From Diplonema japonicum (Eukaryota; Protista; Euglenozoa: Diplonemea), in assembly GCA_964019335.1 (NCBI GenBank), contig OZ025716.1, forward strand, positions 248,001 to 312,000: a DNA stretch of 64,000 nt, read 5' to 3'. Position numbers and translations under genes: made by a program. Below the pieces are notes generated by a model. It made no database searches, was not told the origin of the DNA, and was given only the letters and a program-made list of their open reading frames with translations. Shown one piece after another: positions 22,476 to 33,991 of this stretch (the first letter of the stretch is position 1; every line of letters begins with the position of its first letter).

Positions 22476-24713
22476 ATGGAAGTGTTCGTGCAGGATGCGG
22501 CAGGGCAGCGGTTCCCTGTGGTGCTGAATGAGCATGACACTGTACTGGATGTGAAGAAGCTCGCTCTGAAGGCGATGGACGGGTCGGGGGACATGGTGCT
22601 GGAACGGGTGGCGCTGAAGTATGAAGGGGAGTATGTGGACGAGGAAGACACGACAGTAAGTTTCAACAGCCTGACTGGGATCGAGCCTGACCATGACATC
22701 CTCATCACCTACAACGATCCGCTAGTTCTGAGGGCCTCCTACATGAGTGGCAAGCTTGGGCTCGACGACTACAAGGAAGGCTCTGTGGAGGCTGCGGACC
22801 CTGAGATTGCGAAACACCTCTTGTCGAAGTACAAGAACAGTGTATCCAGCGTCAAGACTGTAATGGACTGCACCTCTCCTTCTGTGAAGAACGACAAGGA
22901 ATTCGTGTTGGCTGTTGTGGAGAAGAATTCATATGCATTCCAGCACATTCCGGAGGAGCTTATGCAGGACACGGTTTTCATGATCTCCATCATAAGGCGC
23001 TGGCCTGAACTATACAATCATCTGTACCATTGTATTTCGCCACTGAGTGAACACGTGCGAAAAACATTGTATCCTGTCTACCGGGCTTGTTCAGGAAATT
23101 TAGCACTGTCAGATCCTGATATTTGTGACAACAAAGACCTTGTGCTGATCCAGATAGAGCGGTGGAACGAATTGTTTACCGATGCGAGACAAATGGGAGC
23201 TCTCAAGAATTTGGCATTGAGCTTCGTGTCCGACCGCCTGAAGAACGACAAGGAAGTTGTGCTGGCGGCTGTGGTCCTCAACCCTGAAAACCTGCAGCAT
23301 GCCTCCCCTGCGATGAGGAACGACAAGGAGGTCGTTCTGAAGGCATTGATAGCCAAGCCCGCCACTTTGAAGCTTGCATCTAAGGATCTCCGGAACGACA
23401 GGGAGGTTGTGCTGGCCGCTGTCAGGAAGAGCGGCACCTGTCTCCAATTCGCCTCGGTGGCCCTGCGCAACGATGTGGAGGTGGTCGGCACGGCACTTCG
23501 GAACACTGTGGAGGCACTGCCCCACGCTTCCAGCGAAATCATGGGGGACAAGAGGCTGGTGTCAAGGTTCGGCGAAGCACTTCAGTTTGCTCCTGAATCC
23601 TTCCGAACGGACAGGGAAGTAGTGCTTGGGGCAGTGGGGACCTGTGGCCTTGCCCTGCAGTTCGCCTCTTCGGCTTTGCAAGGTGACAAAAAAGTGGTGA
23701 CCCTTGCAGTTGAGAACGATGGCCTTGCCCTGCAGTTCGCCTCGGAGGAGCTCCGGAAGGACCACAGTGTGGTTCTCTCGGCTGTGAAAAACTATGGCCT
23801 TGCCCTGCAGTTCGCCTCGGAGGAGCTCTGGAAGGACCGCAGTGTGGTTCTCTCGGCTGTGCAAAACGACGGCCTTGCCCTGCAGTTCGCTTCGGAGGAG
23901 CTCCGGAAGGACCACAGTGTGGTTCTCTCGGCTGTGCAAAACGACGGTCTTGCCCTGCAGTTCGCCTCGGCATTGCAGGCCCCTGAGGTGAGTTACTCAA
24001 AGCTGACAGTGACAAAGCTAAAGAAGCTGTGCAAGGAGAGGGAGGTGGTGCTCCCGAAGAAGATATTGAAGAAGACACTGGTTGAGCTGCTTGAGAAAGA
24101 TGACGAAGAGAGAGAGGAGAAGGAGAAGAAGAAGCTCGTAGGGGAGAAGAGAGGGCGGGAAGAAGGAGAAGGAGAGGAAGAAGAGACGAAGGCAAAGAAA
24201 AGGAAACAAGAAGGGCAGTTCGAGAACGACGTGGGTGTGGTGCTAGCGGCTGTGCAACAGGACTGGGAGGCAATGCGGTTCGCTGGGAGTGTAGCACTTG
24301 ACGACAAGGAGGTGGCACTGGCTGGTGTGAGGCAGAGCGGAGAGGCCTACGACCTCGTGTCAAGGAGGCTTCGTGGGGACAGGGACGTTGTGCTGGAGTA
24401 TGTGTCGTGGAGTGCTTCGAACCACTTGTACGCGAAGTACATTCCGGAGGAGCTGAAGAAGGACAAGGAGGTGGCCCTTGTGGCTGTGAAGGCGAACGGG
24501 TGCTGTCTTCGGCACCTCGATTCCTTCTCTGGGGACAAGGAGGTAGCACTGGTGGCTGTGACAAGCGGTGGCTTGAAACACGTGGCGTCCTCTCTGGCCC
24601 ATGACCAGGATATCTTCAACAAGGCACTCGAGTGGGAAGATTACGATACGGCGCGCGATATTTTGTATAAGAAAAAGGTGGAAGAAAGGAAAAGACTAAG
24701 GGAGAACTGCTAA
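22476..24713 (+). CDS. Ubl + DUF4116-repeat + SAP/HeH-like protein, copy 2 (longer)
   Basis: Near-identical to 18363-20387 but with an extra in-frame 180 nt and a longer C-terminus; the 3' flank 24714-25192 duplicates 20380-20778. Confidence 0.85.
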   Translation: MEVFVQDAAGQRFPVVLNEHDTVLDVKKLALKAMDGSGDMVLERVALKYEGEYVDEEDTTVSFNSLTGIEPDHDILITYNDPLVLRASYMSGKLGLDDYKEGSVEAADPEIAKHLLSKYKNSVSSVKTVMDCTSPSVKNDKEFVLAVVEKNSYAFQHIPEELMQDTVFMISIIRRWPELYNHLYHCISPLSEHVRKTLYPVYRACSGNLALSDPDICDNKDLVLIQIERWNELFTDARQMGALKNLALSFVSDRLKNDKEVVLAAVVLNPENLQHASPAMRNDKEVVLKALIAKPATLKLASKDLRNDREVVLAAVRKSGTCLQFASVALRNDVEVVGTALRNTVEALPHASSEIMGDKRLVSRFGEALQFAPESFRTDREVVLGAVGTCGLALQFASSALQGDKKVVTLAVENDGLALQFASEELRKDHSVVLSAVKNYGLALQFASEELWKDRSVVLSAVQNDGLALQFASEELRKDHSVVLSAVQNDGLALQFASALQAPEVSYSKLTVTKLKKLCKEREVVLPKKILKKTLVELLEKDDEEREEKEKKKLVGEKRGREEGEGEEEETKAKKRKQEGQFENDVGVVLAAVQQDWEAMRFAGSVALDDKEVALAGVRQSGEAYDLVSRRLRGDRDVVLEYVSWSASNHLYAKYIPEELKKDKEVALVAVKANGCCLRHLDSFSGDKEVALVAVTSGGLKHVASSLAHDQDIFNKALEWEDYDTARDILYKKKVEERKRLRENC

Positions 24714-25349
24714 CTTGACACCTAAGTTAGGGGATATGCTCAAGATCAACGTTTTTTGGTTTGAGAACCGCTCAAGTGTATCAATCATATGAGCATTTCG
24801 AAAACCTTTTACGCGCTTTTTTGTTCGATAGTTTTAAATTTTAATTCGTATTCAGCCACGAATCATATGATCGTAAGAATAGTTAATTATAAAAAAAAAA
24901 AGCAGAGGGGAGGGGTTTTTTTTTTCCCTCTCATTCTTAAAATAGCGCGTTGACGGCCTTATAACCTTTCTCTTCCCTCCCTTCGATAGATCCAGCGGGT
25001 TTCTACCAGCCACAGAGTGCTTTGTTATCCCATTTCTTAACAAGTCCCTTTGGTTTGTATGTTGCTGCTTTTCTTCTGTCATTTCTTTTTTTTTTTTTGT
25101 TTTTTTTTTTTTAGAACTAATCATAGACTACGAGGCACCTACCGAACACTTAACGCTACTTAGTGCTGCAATCAAAAGCCCTATTTTCTTTACCAAGGGA
25201 TGGATGGAATAATTTGAAAAAGAAAAACATGGGAAAATATTGTTGGGGGGGGCATAAGAAATATATTAAAAACTTCTAAGAAAAAAAAAAGAAAGTTCTA
25301 AATTAGGGCCTTTTCATTCGCCTGCGGCGCGGCCAGTCTTGGAGGGCCT

Positions 25350-25620
<271 letters not shown>

Positions 25621-25736
25621 TTTGCGTGTATTTTTGACTCGTTTTTTTTTGAATCGCTGTGTTCGTCAGGTGGATGGTAAGTGTTGTCGATTTCCTTCAA
25701 ATTCATTGAGAATCTGTGGTGTGAAAACCTGCATTC

Positions 25737-26280
25737 GGGTTTGACGACTACAAGGAAGGCTCTGTGGAGGCTGCGGACCCTGAGATTGCGAAACACCTCT
25801 TGTCGAAGTACAAGAACACTGAAGCCAGCGTCAAGACTGTAATGGACTGCACCTCTCCTTCTGTGAAGAACGACAAGGAATTCGTGTTGGCTGTTGTGGA
25901 GACCTGTCCAAAATCATTCAAGCACATTTCGGAGGAGCTTATGCAGGACACGGCTTTCATGACCCCCATCATAAGGCGCTGGCCTGATCTGCACTGGGAG
26001 GTTTTTCCACGGGGGCCTATTCAGGTTCGCGGACAAGGAGAACAAACGTTGCGCTTTATACACCGGGCTTGTACAGAAGAAGGCTTAGTACTGTCAGATC
26101 CTGACATTGCTGACATGAAGGACCTTGTGCTGGTCCTGATAGAACGGTGGAACGAGTTGTTTACTAAACGGTCGCGACTACTAGGAGCTCACAGGTATTT
26201 GGCATTGAGCTACGTGTCCGACCGCCTGAAGAACGACAAGGAAGTTGTGCTGGCGGCTGTGGTCCTCAACCCTGAAAACC
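25737..26280 (+). pseudogene. Third, truncated and diverged copy of the Ubl-DUF4116 gene
   Basis: GACGACTACAAGGAAGGCTCTGTGGAG...CTCAACCCTGAAAACC matches 18651-19179; lacks the N-terminus and switches to unrelated sequence at 26281. Confidence 0.85.
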
Positions 26281-27083
26281 GCGGCGAGGACACAGGCAGA
26301 CTGCAAGGCTTGCGATTGCTGCTCGTGGAACGCTGCAGCAGCGTGCTCGCAGGACCGTTGCCAGCCTCTGAACCGCCGAACTGCGGGAGGTGCCACTGGG
26401 ACGCGACGAAGAACGAGTGCATCCCCGACTACAAGAAAACCATCCGTTCTCCAGAAAGGTGGGCCACCTGTTTCGTAGGATCCCAACCGGGCCCATAACT
26501 ACATCGTCATCGCGGTCCTGGTAAATAAAAAAGAAAGGAGAATTGATGTAGAGAGGTGGATTTAACCCATATGAACATTGCAGGTCGACGGGAACTGCTC
26601 CCGTTATGTGCTGGCATGTTGATTTTGATAAGGCCTAGAATGACTCGGAAAAAAAAAAAAAAAGAGGGAAAAAATCATGGAAAAATCATGAAAATCCGGA
26701 AAATGCCCATTTTTGGTGTCACCCGGTGTCTCGGCACCCCGTTCTGGGATGAAGTTATGAGGTTTCAGATGGATACAAATAGCGCATTTAACGCAGATTT
26801 TCAATATCTTTCCATTCCATCTTTTTTTTATGAAAACCGATCCGAGGCTTTGGTCTAGATGACCACAGAACAATCACACCTATTAACTGCTTCTACAGAA
26901 GCAGTTGGGCGTTTAAGGGTTAACTAATGTCTCTTTTTTTTTTCCTTTTTTTTTTGGATCCCAAATAAAGGGATTATAACCCCCCCTAGTTTCTTTCTTT
27001 TCTTTTTTTTTTTTCTTTTCCGCCCTAAGCTTGGGGTCCAAAAAAAAAAAAGAAAAAGGTCAAGAGCAAAAAAAAAAAAAAAA

Positions 27084-28265
27084 ATGAGGGTGATAGTAGC
27101 AGTGGTGCTCAGCATGATGGCGTGCATCACGGCGTCAGTTCCAGTAACAGTCTTTAAAGAGGTAACCGTGGATACCTTCGGTGGGCGTCACCCGGGAATA
27201 TTAATCGGCGAGGACAAGCTCCCATTTATGATATTCCTCAGCGATTCCAGAGGGTCTGTCGGGGTCGCTCACTGTGAGGATGTTTTATGTGCTAACAGCA
27301 CCATCTGGTACCTTGACACAGAAATGCCCGGTGCAGGCAATCAAAACGCTCTGCGTGCGTACAAAAGAACGGGCCACCCTCAATTCATCTACTCCCTTAA
27401 CGCCACGGACGAGTACCGCATAATTCTGGTGACGTGTTATGACACCACCTGCAGCAACCACGACAAAACAACGGTCAAATCTCTTTCTAATGTGAACAAG
27501 GACAACATGTACCTTGATTTGGAGTACGATCCATACACAGGGCTGCCCGTCATTTCGTATAATAACGATCCCGACGGGCTGTTCTTCATTCAGTGCTACA
27601 ACTCGCTGTGCAACTCCAGTGCAGAGCACCGTATCGATGCTAGATTCCCGTACACAGGCTGGTACGCGAATATGGAAATTCTACCCACTGACAATGAGGC
27701 TTACATTCTGACCTTTGTGTACTATTGCAACACGACCTTTGAGGTGTTGCACACTACGGTGGCTTACAACGATTTTTCAAAGGTTGTCTCGCAAGGGGTG
27801 CTCGAGACAGGGGTTCACGGCGGTTGGCTGTCTACCATCATCACGCAGACGGGAATCGGTTTTACCTTCGTTGACCTGTCCTCCGAGAATGGGTCGTATT
27901 CCTACTGCAATTGCAAACGCGAAGCGAGCAACTTCACCGGATGCGCCTGCTCGCCCATAGACAACGGGTTGGGGCAAGGTTACGACCTGTGGGTGTACCC
28001 CGATCTAACGGTTCTTCCCGAGTTTTCTCCGTACCCCGTCACCAGCTATTTCCATTCCACTTCGCTTCGATTTGCTCGTTGCGACAGTTGGGATTGCAGC
28101 GGTGTGGAAATGCAGCAGCTCTCCCAGGGTGGATTCGGGTACGGCCGTGATAGCAAGCTCCTTTGGGACAACCAGCTGCAGCTCATGTACCTCCCCTTCC
28201 TAGACTACAATGGCAATGGGATCGACAAGAAATGCAAGCTCTTGATCCTCAAAAAAGAGCAGTAG
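27084..28265 (+). CDS. Secreted Cys-rich repeat protein, probable beta-propeller
   Basis: Signal peptide MRVIVAVVLSMMACITA; repeated C-x-D/N-x-x-C units (AHCEDVLC, TCYDTTC, QCYNSLC, RCDSWDC), most preceded by P..I/SY-type motifs; N-glycosylation sequons. Confidence 0.7.
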   Translation: MRVIVAVVLSMMACITASVPVTVFKEVTVDTFGGRHPGILIGEDKLPFMIFLSDSRGSVGVAHCEDVLCANSTIWYLDTEMPGAGNQNALRAYKRTGHPQFIYSLNATDEYRIILVTCYDTTCSNHDKTTVKSLSNVNKDNMYLDLEYDPYTGLPVISYNNDPDGLFFIQCYNSLCNSSAEHRIDARFPYTGWYANMEILPTDNEAYILTFVYYCNTTFEVLHTTVAYNDFSKVVSQGVLETGVHGGWLSTIITQTGIGFTFVDLSSENGSYSYCNCKREASNFTGCACSPIDNGLGQGYDLWVYPDLTVLPEFSPYPVTSYFHSTSLRFARCDSWDCSGVEMQQLSQGGFGYGRDSKLLWDNQLQLMYLPFLDYNGNGIDKKCKLLILKKEQ

Positions 28266-28622
28266 GGGAAAGTGGGGAGGGGAGGGGGGGTCTTTTTTTT
28301 TTCTGTCAGTGTTAATATTTTCCGAACGATTTCTTTTCTAGTTAACGCCTGCCATACGGGATGCCGTTAGGCTTACTGGAGACAGTGCGCACCTTTTTTT
28401 TTTTTCATGTCTCTCACTTCCTCTTCTTACAAGCCCGTTTCACCGGGTGGACAACGCGGACTGAACCGAATAGTGTGAATTTTCTTTCTGAGATTTTTTG
28501 TCGAGTTTTTTTTTTTTATTATTATTCTAACTTGTTTATTCTATCAAAAAAAAAAGTGGGTCGGGGGGGGGGCGGAAAGATCCAACAAAAAAAAAAAAAA
28601 AAAAAAAAAAAACCAAAAGAAA

Positions 28623-31600
28623 ATGACACCGCTCAAAACAATTGCAATCCTGTTGATGCTCACCACCTGTGTCATGGGAAAGCGACAGGAGGACCTCAGA
28701 AAATGCGTGTGTCACGACAGTGTAGCTGGCGCCCCGTGCGCAGGCCACAGCGACGGGTGCAAGGACTACGGTTTGAACGTGGGCATCGCGACGGCGATCC
28801 CAGTGGGGTTGTTCTTCATTCTGTTTTGGGGCTTGTGGTGTTTCGGCTGCATGAGGGGGTGCTGCCACTGGTGCGGCGACAGCAGACCAAGATCAGGCTG
28901 CTGCATGAAAGGAAGCAACCCCCACCAAGGCTATGCTGGACGAGAGGTCATACTCTTTCAAGCCGCAATGGCATTAACACTAGCAACCGCCATAGCAGTC
29001 GGAATCCCGTCCATAACTTCCAACGAAAAAATCACGAACGGCGTTAAGGGCTTCGGGGGCACGATTGAGCACTTCAGCAACGTAGTAATTCGTGCTGTGG
29101 ATGTTTTAGAACACGAATCTGCAAATCTCGTCGATCTCTCGCAGGCAAGCCGCGACTCGATTGCAACAGAGGCATCAAACACCCGTGACAACGTGAAGGA
29201 TATCACCGATTTCAAATCCGATATTTTTAAGTACGACCACGAGGATTTTCTCTCTCGGACCAAGGTTGTCCTAATTCTGATCGGGGTTTGTTTCTTGTGC
29301 TTCACACTGCTCGCTTTTGTCGCGCTCTTCAAAATGCACGGATGCCTTGCCTCCATCATCAACACTCTCATCATGACCGTCGGCTTTTGGATCGCAATTA
29401 TATCGAGCGCACATTATGGTCTCTCACTTGTATCTAATGATCTATGCGACGATTACCAAACGGTGTGATAATGGAATTTTTTTTTTTTTTTAACCATCTA
29501 CCAACGGACCATTTTTGCCCACAGGGGGTAAATTTTCAAAACTTTAAAAAAAAACTATTCTAGCGCAACGCCGGGGCTATATGCCCCCGGAAATGCCTCC
29601 AGATGTCCCAATTCTAGAGAGAGGGTGCCCACAGCAGGGCCCACCCCCACAACATTGTCAAAAATATCGTTCCCGAAGTGCTCGAGAGGGGGTACAAAAA
29701 ACAAGTCAAAACACATCGACTGTAAAATTCTATAAAAAGCTATTCAAGGCCTTCCTGACGCGGTTCGTACGTGCCCCAGGGCTGGGGGACTTCTTTTTTG
29801 ACCCCGAGAGGGGTTTCTGGGGGGTGGAATGCTTGCACCGCACGTTGTGCTACTTTTTCGGGGAAATGGTCCCAGAAGGTGCTGTCGCGGCGCATTGGGG
29901 TCTCCAGGCACTCGTTCTGTGTTTCGGGGCATGGTATTGGGGCAGCCTGCTCTGTAGTTGACTTTAGCTGTTGTTTGGGCAGCCTCCCTAGTAGCCCTTC
30001 GATGACTGCCTCTTGAAAGGTGTGAATCCACTGTCGTTCGTACTCAGGATGTTGGGGGGCAATGCTTCTTTCCAAACAAACCGGGCATTTGCCAGAGATT
30101 TATCTAACAAGTACGAAAATACTTTCAGGGGCCACTTCGAAGTCATAAGGGTGCGTTTATGGCGTTTTGTCACAGCGTCACCCAGCGTCGGTTCCGCCCA
30201 TTGCGGTGTTGTAAATATGCACTTGAGGGATGTCCTTTCTGGAGGGCCTCCGGCTTTCATTCTCTTTTGGCCGACACGCCAAATTTGACTTCACCAGAAC
30301 ATCCAACGTCGACAGAAAGCGCACAGGCTTGATGGCATGCCACGTTGTGGTGCAAAGGATGCTCACGTGCTGGTGGAACTGGGTGTCCCCACAGGGTGGG
30401 CGTCCTTGGGCTTGCGGACTCGCTTTGGGGCATCCGTGATCTCCGGGAGGCCTTTGCGATAGGTAGAAGTCAGCACGCTTGTTTGTTTCGCTGTGGAAAC
30501 ACAGATTTCCCAGAATAGTCAAAAAGCGGTCTCTTGACATGACGGTGGCGTACCCAGGGGTGTGGTTGAGAGGCGTGGAGCCAGTACGCCAGTAGTCAGA
30601 ATAATCTGGCATCCATCGACAAAAGGGCACCTAGGAAGGTATGCAGAGAAGCAGCATGGAGATCCAGGGAAACACCTTTTTTAGCCGCATTTGCCACATT
30701 GTTCGAAGTTATGACCCGAATAACGTTTGGGACGAGCATTTGGGAGAATTTTTGGTACGGCGTTGAGCCTCTGATGTCAAAACAGGGTCCACAAGGATTC
30801 CGATCTTCACGAAACTGGATGCCTTCCAACTGCTCCGGCTTTGTCGTCCAATCACCCTGCTGTGACTCGGAACCGGTCGAATTCGTATCAGAATCACTGT
30901 CTGTATCAAAATTGCATAATAGGGATGAGCCATCAGTGCTACCATCACTCATAATGTCCTCTTCCGGCCTCTTTCTGGGTGCCCTTTTTTGTAGTGATTT
31001 TTAAGGGTAAATTTGGGCTGGCGTTTTTTTTATTTTTTCATTTTTCCAAGGGCGGCCCTCCATGAGGGGGTTTGTCCTGCACTTTGAGTTTATTTTTTCA
31101 TTTTCTTGCAAAGTTAGGGCAGCATTTAGTTTATATTTTTCATATTTTCCGCGCAGGACCCCGGATGCGAGAAGTGGCCGGGCTGTATTGCATTGAAAGC
31201 CCTTTGCGCAAAAGATTTTTTTTCAAATCGTCTCTATAAAGACGCTCGTTGGTAGATGGTTAAAAAAAAAACAGTTGACTCAGAACCTCCTTTCCAAACT
31301 GGAGGACAAGCTCGGCTGCGACCCTTCTAAACCAGAAGGGATCAGCGAGGTCATCGCCCGCACAGAGGACGGCATGGCCGTGTTTGTAAACAGGGTTTGC
31401 CGTGATGTGGTCCCTCCGGTATTTATTTTTTTTTAAAAAAAAAAAATTCTTTTTTAGTTATGCGAAGCCCAGGGTTCGGTCCCAGCCTTGTTTGACTGTG
31501 TGTCAGTACCCTGCGCGGGGAACGGGAGTTTTCATGAATTTGGGCCGATGTTGGCTGACTCGAAAGTGTCAAGTGGTGCTGCGGCATATTCTGTAAACAG

Positions 31601-31964
31601 CACCGGTCTCGGGTCATGCGGGGTAAACTGTAGCATTTCGGATTGTGCCTCTCGTTGTGAACAGGGCAGTGATGTCAGGGAGTACGCGCAGAGTGCCGTG
31701 GGAAATTACACAACATATGGAAAAGCATTTACGGCTATCGAAAGGGAGGTGTATCCAGTTGCTACATGCTTGGTGCTGTCCAGTCTGCGAGATCAGGTTT
31801 ACTATCCTCTTTGTGATGATGTAGATGTGCCATTGACAGGGCTAGCGCGAATATTCCTTGCGTTTACTTGTCTTTTGTGGGTAGCTGCTTTGTTGATCAC
31901 TTTGGGTACGAAGAGGTTCGTTGACCCCCCATCAAAAAATAAGCTGAGCACCAGTGATTTTTAG
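28623..31964 (+). CDS. Three-exon Cys-rich multipass membrane protein (Tweety/prominin-like topology), ~496 aa; exons 28623-29462, 31275-31418, 31458-31964
   Basis: GT..AG introns at 29463-31274 and 31419-31457 join in frame: DYQT|LTQNLL...DVVPP|LCEAQGSVPALFDC. Signal peptide, several TM helices, DLC motif after a TM. Family assignment is tentative. Confidence 0.75.
29494..31259 (-). mobile_element. Internally deleted piggyBac with 13-bp TIRs and TTAA duplication, inside intron 1
   Basis: TTAA-CCATCTACCAACG ... CGTTGGTAGATGG-TTAA. Minus-strand relics DYW...VMSRDRF, YNTAMGGTD, KWPLKVFSYL, HFP; the central catalytic region is missing. Confidence 0.92.
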
Positions 31965-32834
31965 AGTTTTTTTTTTTTTTTTTTTATTTGTTGTGCGAAA
32001 TGGGAAGAAAAAGAAGAAGAAAAAAAAGAAAAAAAACAGTTCTAGTATCTAGTATTAGTTATTTCATGCTGAACGTGTTAATTTTCGGGGGGGGGGGGGT
32101 TTAATGACTTTTATTCTTTGAGGGTTTCACACCCTTTCCCTCCCCCAGCACGTACAAAACAACGGTTAGTTATTTTATTTTTATTTTTATTCATTTTGTT
32201 CACTTTTGATCAGAAGACGAAAGAAAAAAGGGGGGGGGGGGGGAGAAAGGGAATTAAAAAAAAAGAAAAAGAACGTTTTTTTATTCTTACAGTAGTTTTT
32301 CTCTCTCTCCCTCCCCCCCCCCCCCCCCCCCGGTTTAGTTTTTTTCTCTTTTCTTTTTTTCTAACCCGACAGAAAATGGGTTTTGTTGAGTGCAGCGTGA
32401 CTTCTCTCGACCCTTTCAAACTCGGCTCTCGTTACGTAGGTTCCTTTTTTTTTTTCACATCTGTCGCTTCTCTGCCACCTCTGCCCTCCACTATGCGTGC
32501 AATAATGTTTTGGTTTTTTTTTTTTTTTTAACACACTACTTTGCCTTTTCATCCAGAAAGAAAAGGGAAGCTCTTCCCCTCCCCCAACATCCTCTTCCTT
32601 TGTGAGTTTCTGTTTTTTTATCTATGTTTCTTTTTTTATTTTATTTTTATTTTTATTTTTTACAAAAAGAAGAAGTGGAGGAAAGCACCTCTCACTCACT
32701 CTTTTTTTTTTTTTTCTCATTTTTTTTTATTTATTCTGGAGGGGATCGTCCCAGCGTAGTCTGGCTTTGAAAGGGCTCTGCTTGAGCTGATGCCAAGCCA
32801 GTAGATTGATTGACCCCTCCCCCTTCTAAGAAAT

Positions 32835-32881
<47 letters not shown>

Positions 32882-33574
32882 CCCGGTAGTCTCAATACTA
32901 CTTTGTAAGTTTTGCGAAAAAGAACGGAGAAAAAAAAAAAAAGATTTACCTGAAGTGTTTCTAGGGGACTTTCAACCCGTCTTTTTTATATGTATAAATA
33001 ATAGAGACAAGGGGGGCGTCCATGACAGGAACCTCCTTTTTCTCGTCTCTTTATATTTGTTCACTACACTTGACTGACCCCCGGAAAAACCTTAAGTGAT
33101 TTTTTTTTTTCTTTTTCCTTTTTTTTTTTTTTTTTTCCTTCTATATTCTTTTGCAAGAAAAAAAGAGATTTTGAGGGGTGGAAAAAAAAAAAAAGAAACC
33201 TTTCTTCCCCCTTCCCCAGCAGAGTTGGTTTTTTCTTCTTTTTTTCTTTTCTTTTCTTTTCTGGGACTATATTACCCATGAAATATCCCTTGGTAGAAGT
33301 CTGAGTTCAGCAAGTTTTCGTTGTTGGGGAAAAAAGAAAAGCCACACTCTTTCTCCTCCTTTATATCCATTCATGCGATTTCTTTTTTTTTTTTTTTTTT
33401 TTTTTTACCATTCTTTGTTTAGCTTTTGTTTTTTGAGGGCTGAAAGCTAATTGATGGCAGGCGTAAGGTGAGGTTACTCTCAAAAAAAATTTTTTTTTTG
33501 CTTTTTTGTTATGATACGACTAAAAAAAAACCCCCCAAAAAAAAAGAGAAAAAAAAAAAAAAAAAAGAAAGAAA

Positions 33575-33892
33575 ATGCAAACAAGTAGCATAGGCATGAT
33601 CCCACTGAATGTTATAATGGGTCTCGCAACAGGGTTCAGCATGGGGTCTCTAGTGGGGTACCACGCAAGGTGGTACGTGGCCATACCTGTAACCCTGTGT
33701 TCTTTCAGGGTGGCGCGACACGCAAGGCCCCAACAGGGCCGCCACTCTACCAAACGTGACGTGTCCAATGCGGCAGTGTGGTCGTCCTTCTCAGTAGGCG
33801 TATTCTGCATATGGGCCACACGCGCTTTAGCCAAGGCACCGAAGGCACTTGGCTCGTCAATCCTGAGCATTGTACGGAAAATTACCGGGTGA
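33575..33892 (+). CDS. Small hydrophobic hypothetical protein (105 aa)
   Basis: A-rich leader then ATG; Gly-rich hydrophobic segment GLATGFSMGSLVG and a second hydrophobic segment. Confidence 0.5.
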   Translation: MQTSSIGMIPLNVIMGLATGFSMGSLVGYHARWYVAIPVTLCSFRVARHARPQQGRHSTKRDVSNAAVWSSFSVGVFCIWATRALAKAPKALGSSILSIVRKITG

Positions 33893-33991
33893 GTTTACTT
33901 TTTTTTATTTTTTTTTTATTTTTTTCAAAAAAAAAAAAAAAAAAAAAAAAAAACCCAACAGTATTTTTTTTTTTTTTTTTTTTTTTTTTTC

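Noticed and set aside
19347-23970. Regularly spaced direct repeats resembling a CRISPR array
   Set aside because: Units are in-frame 75-nt coding repeats with near-identical intervening sequence; no cas genes; eukaryotic context.
19303-24564. Long minus-strand ORFs (320 and 341 aa; also 35951-36895 and 63031-63933)
   Set aside because: Antisense shadows of real + strand coding regions with no recognisable motifs.
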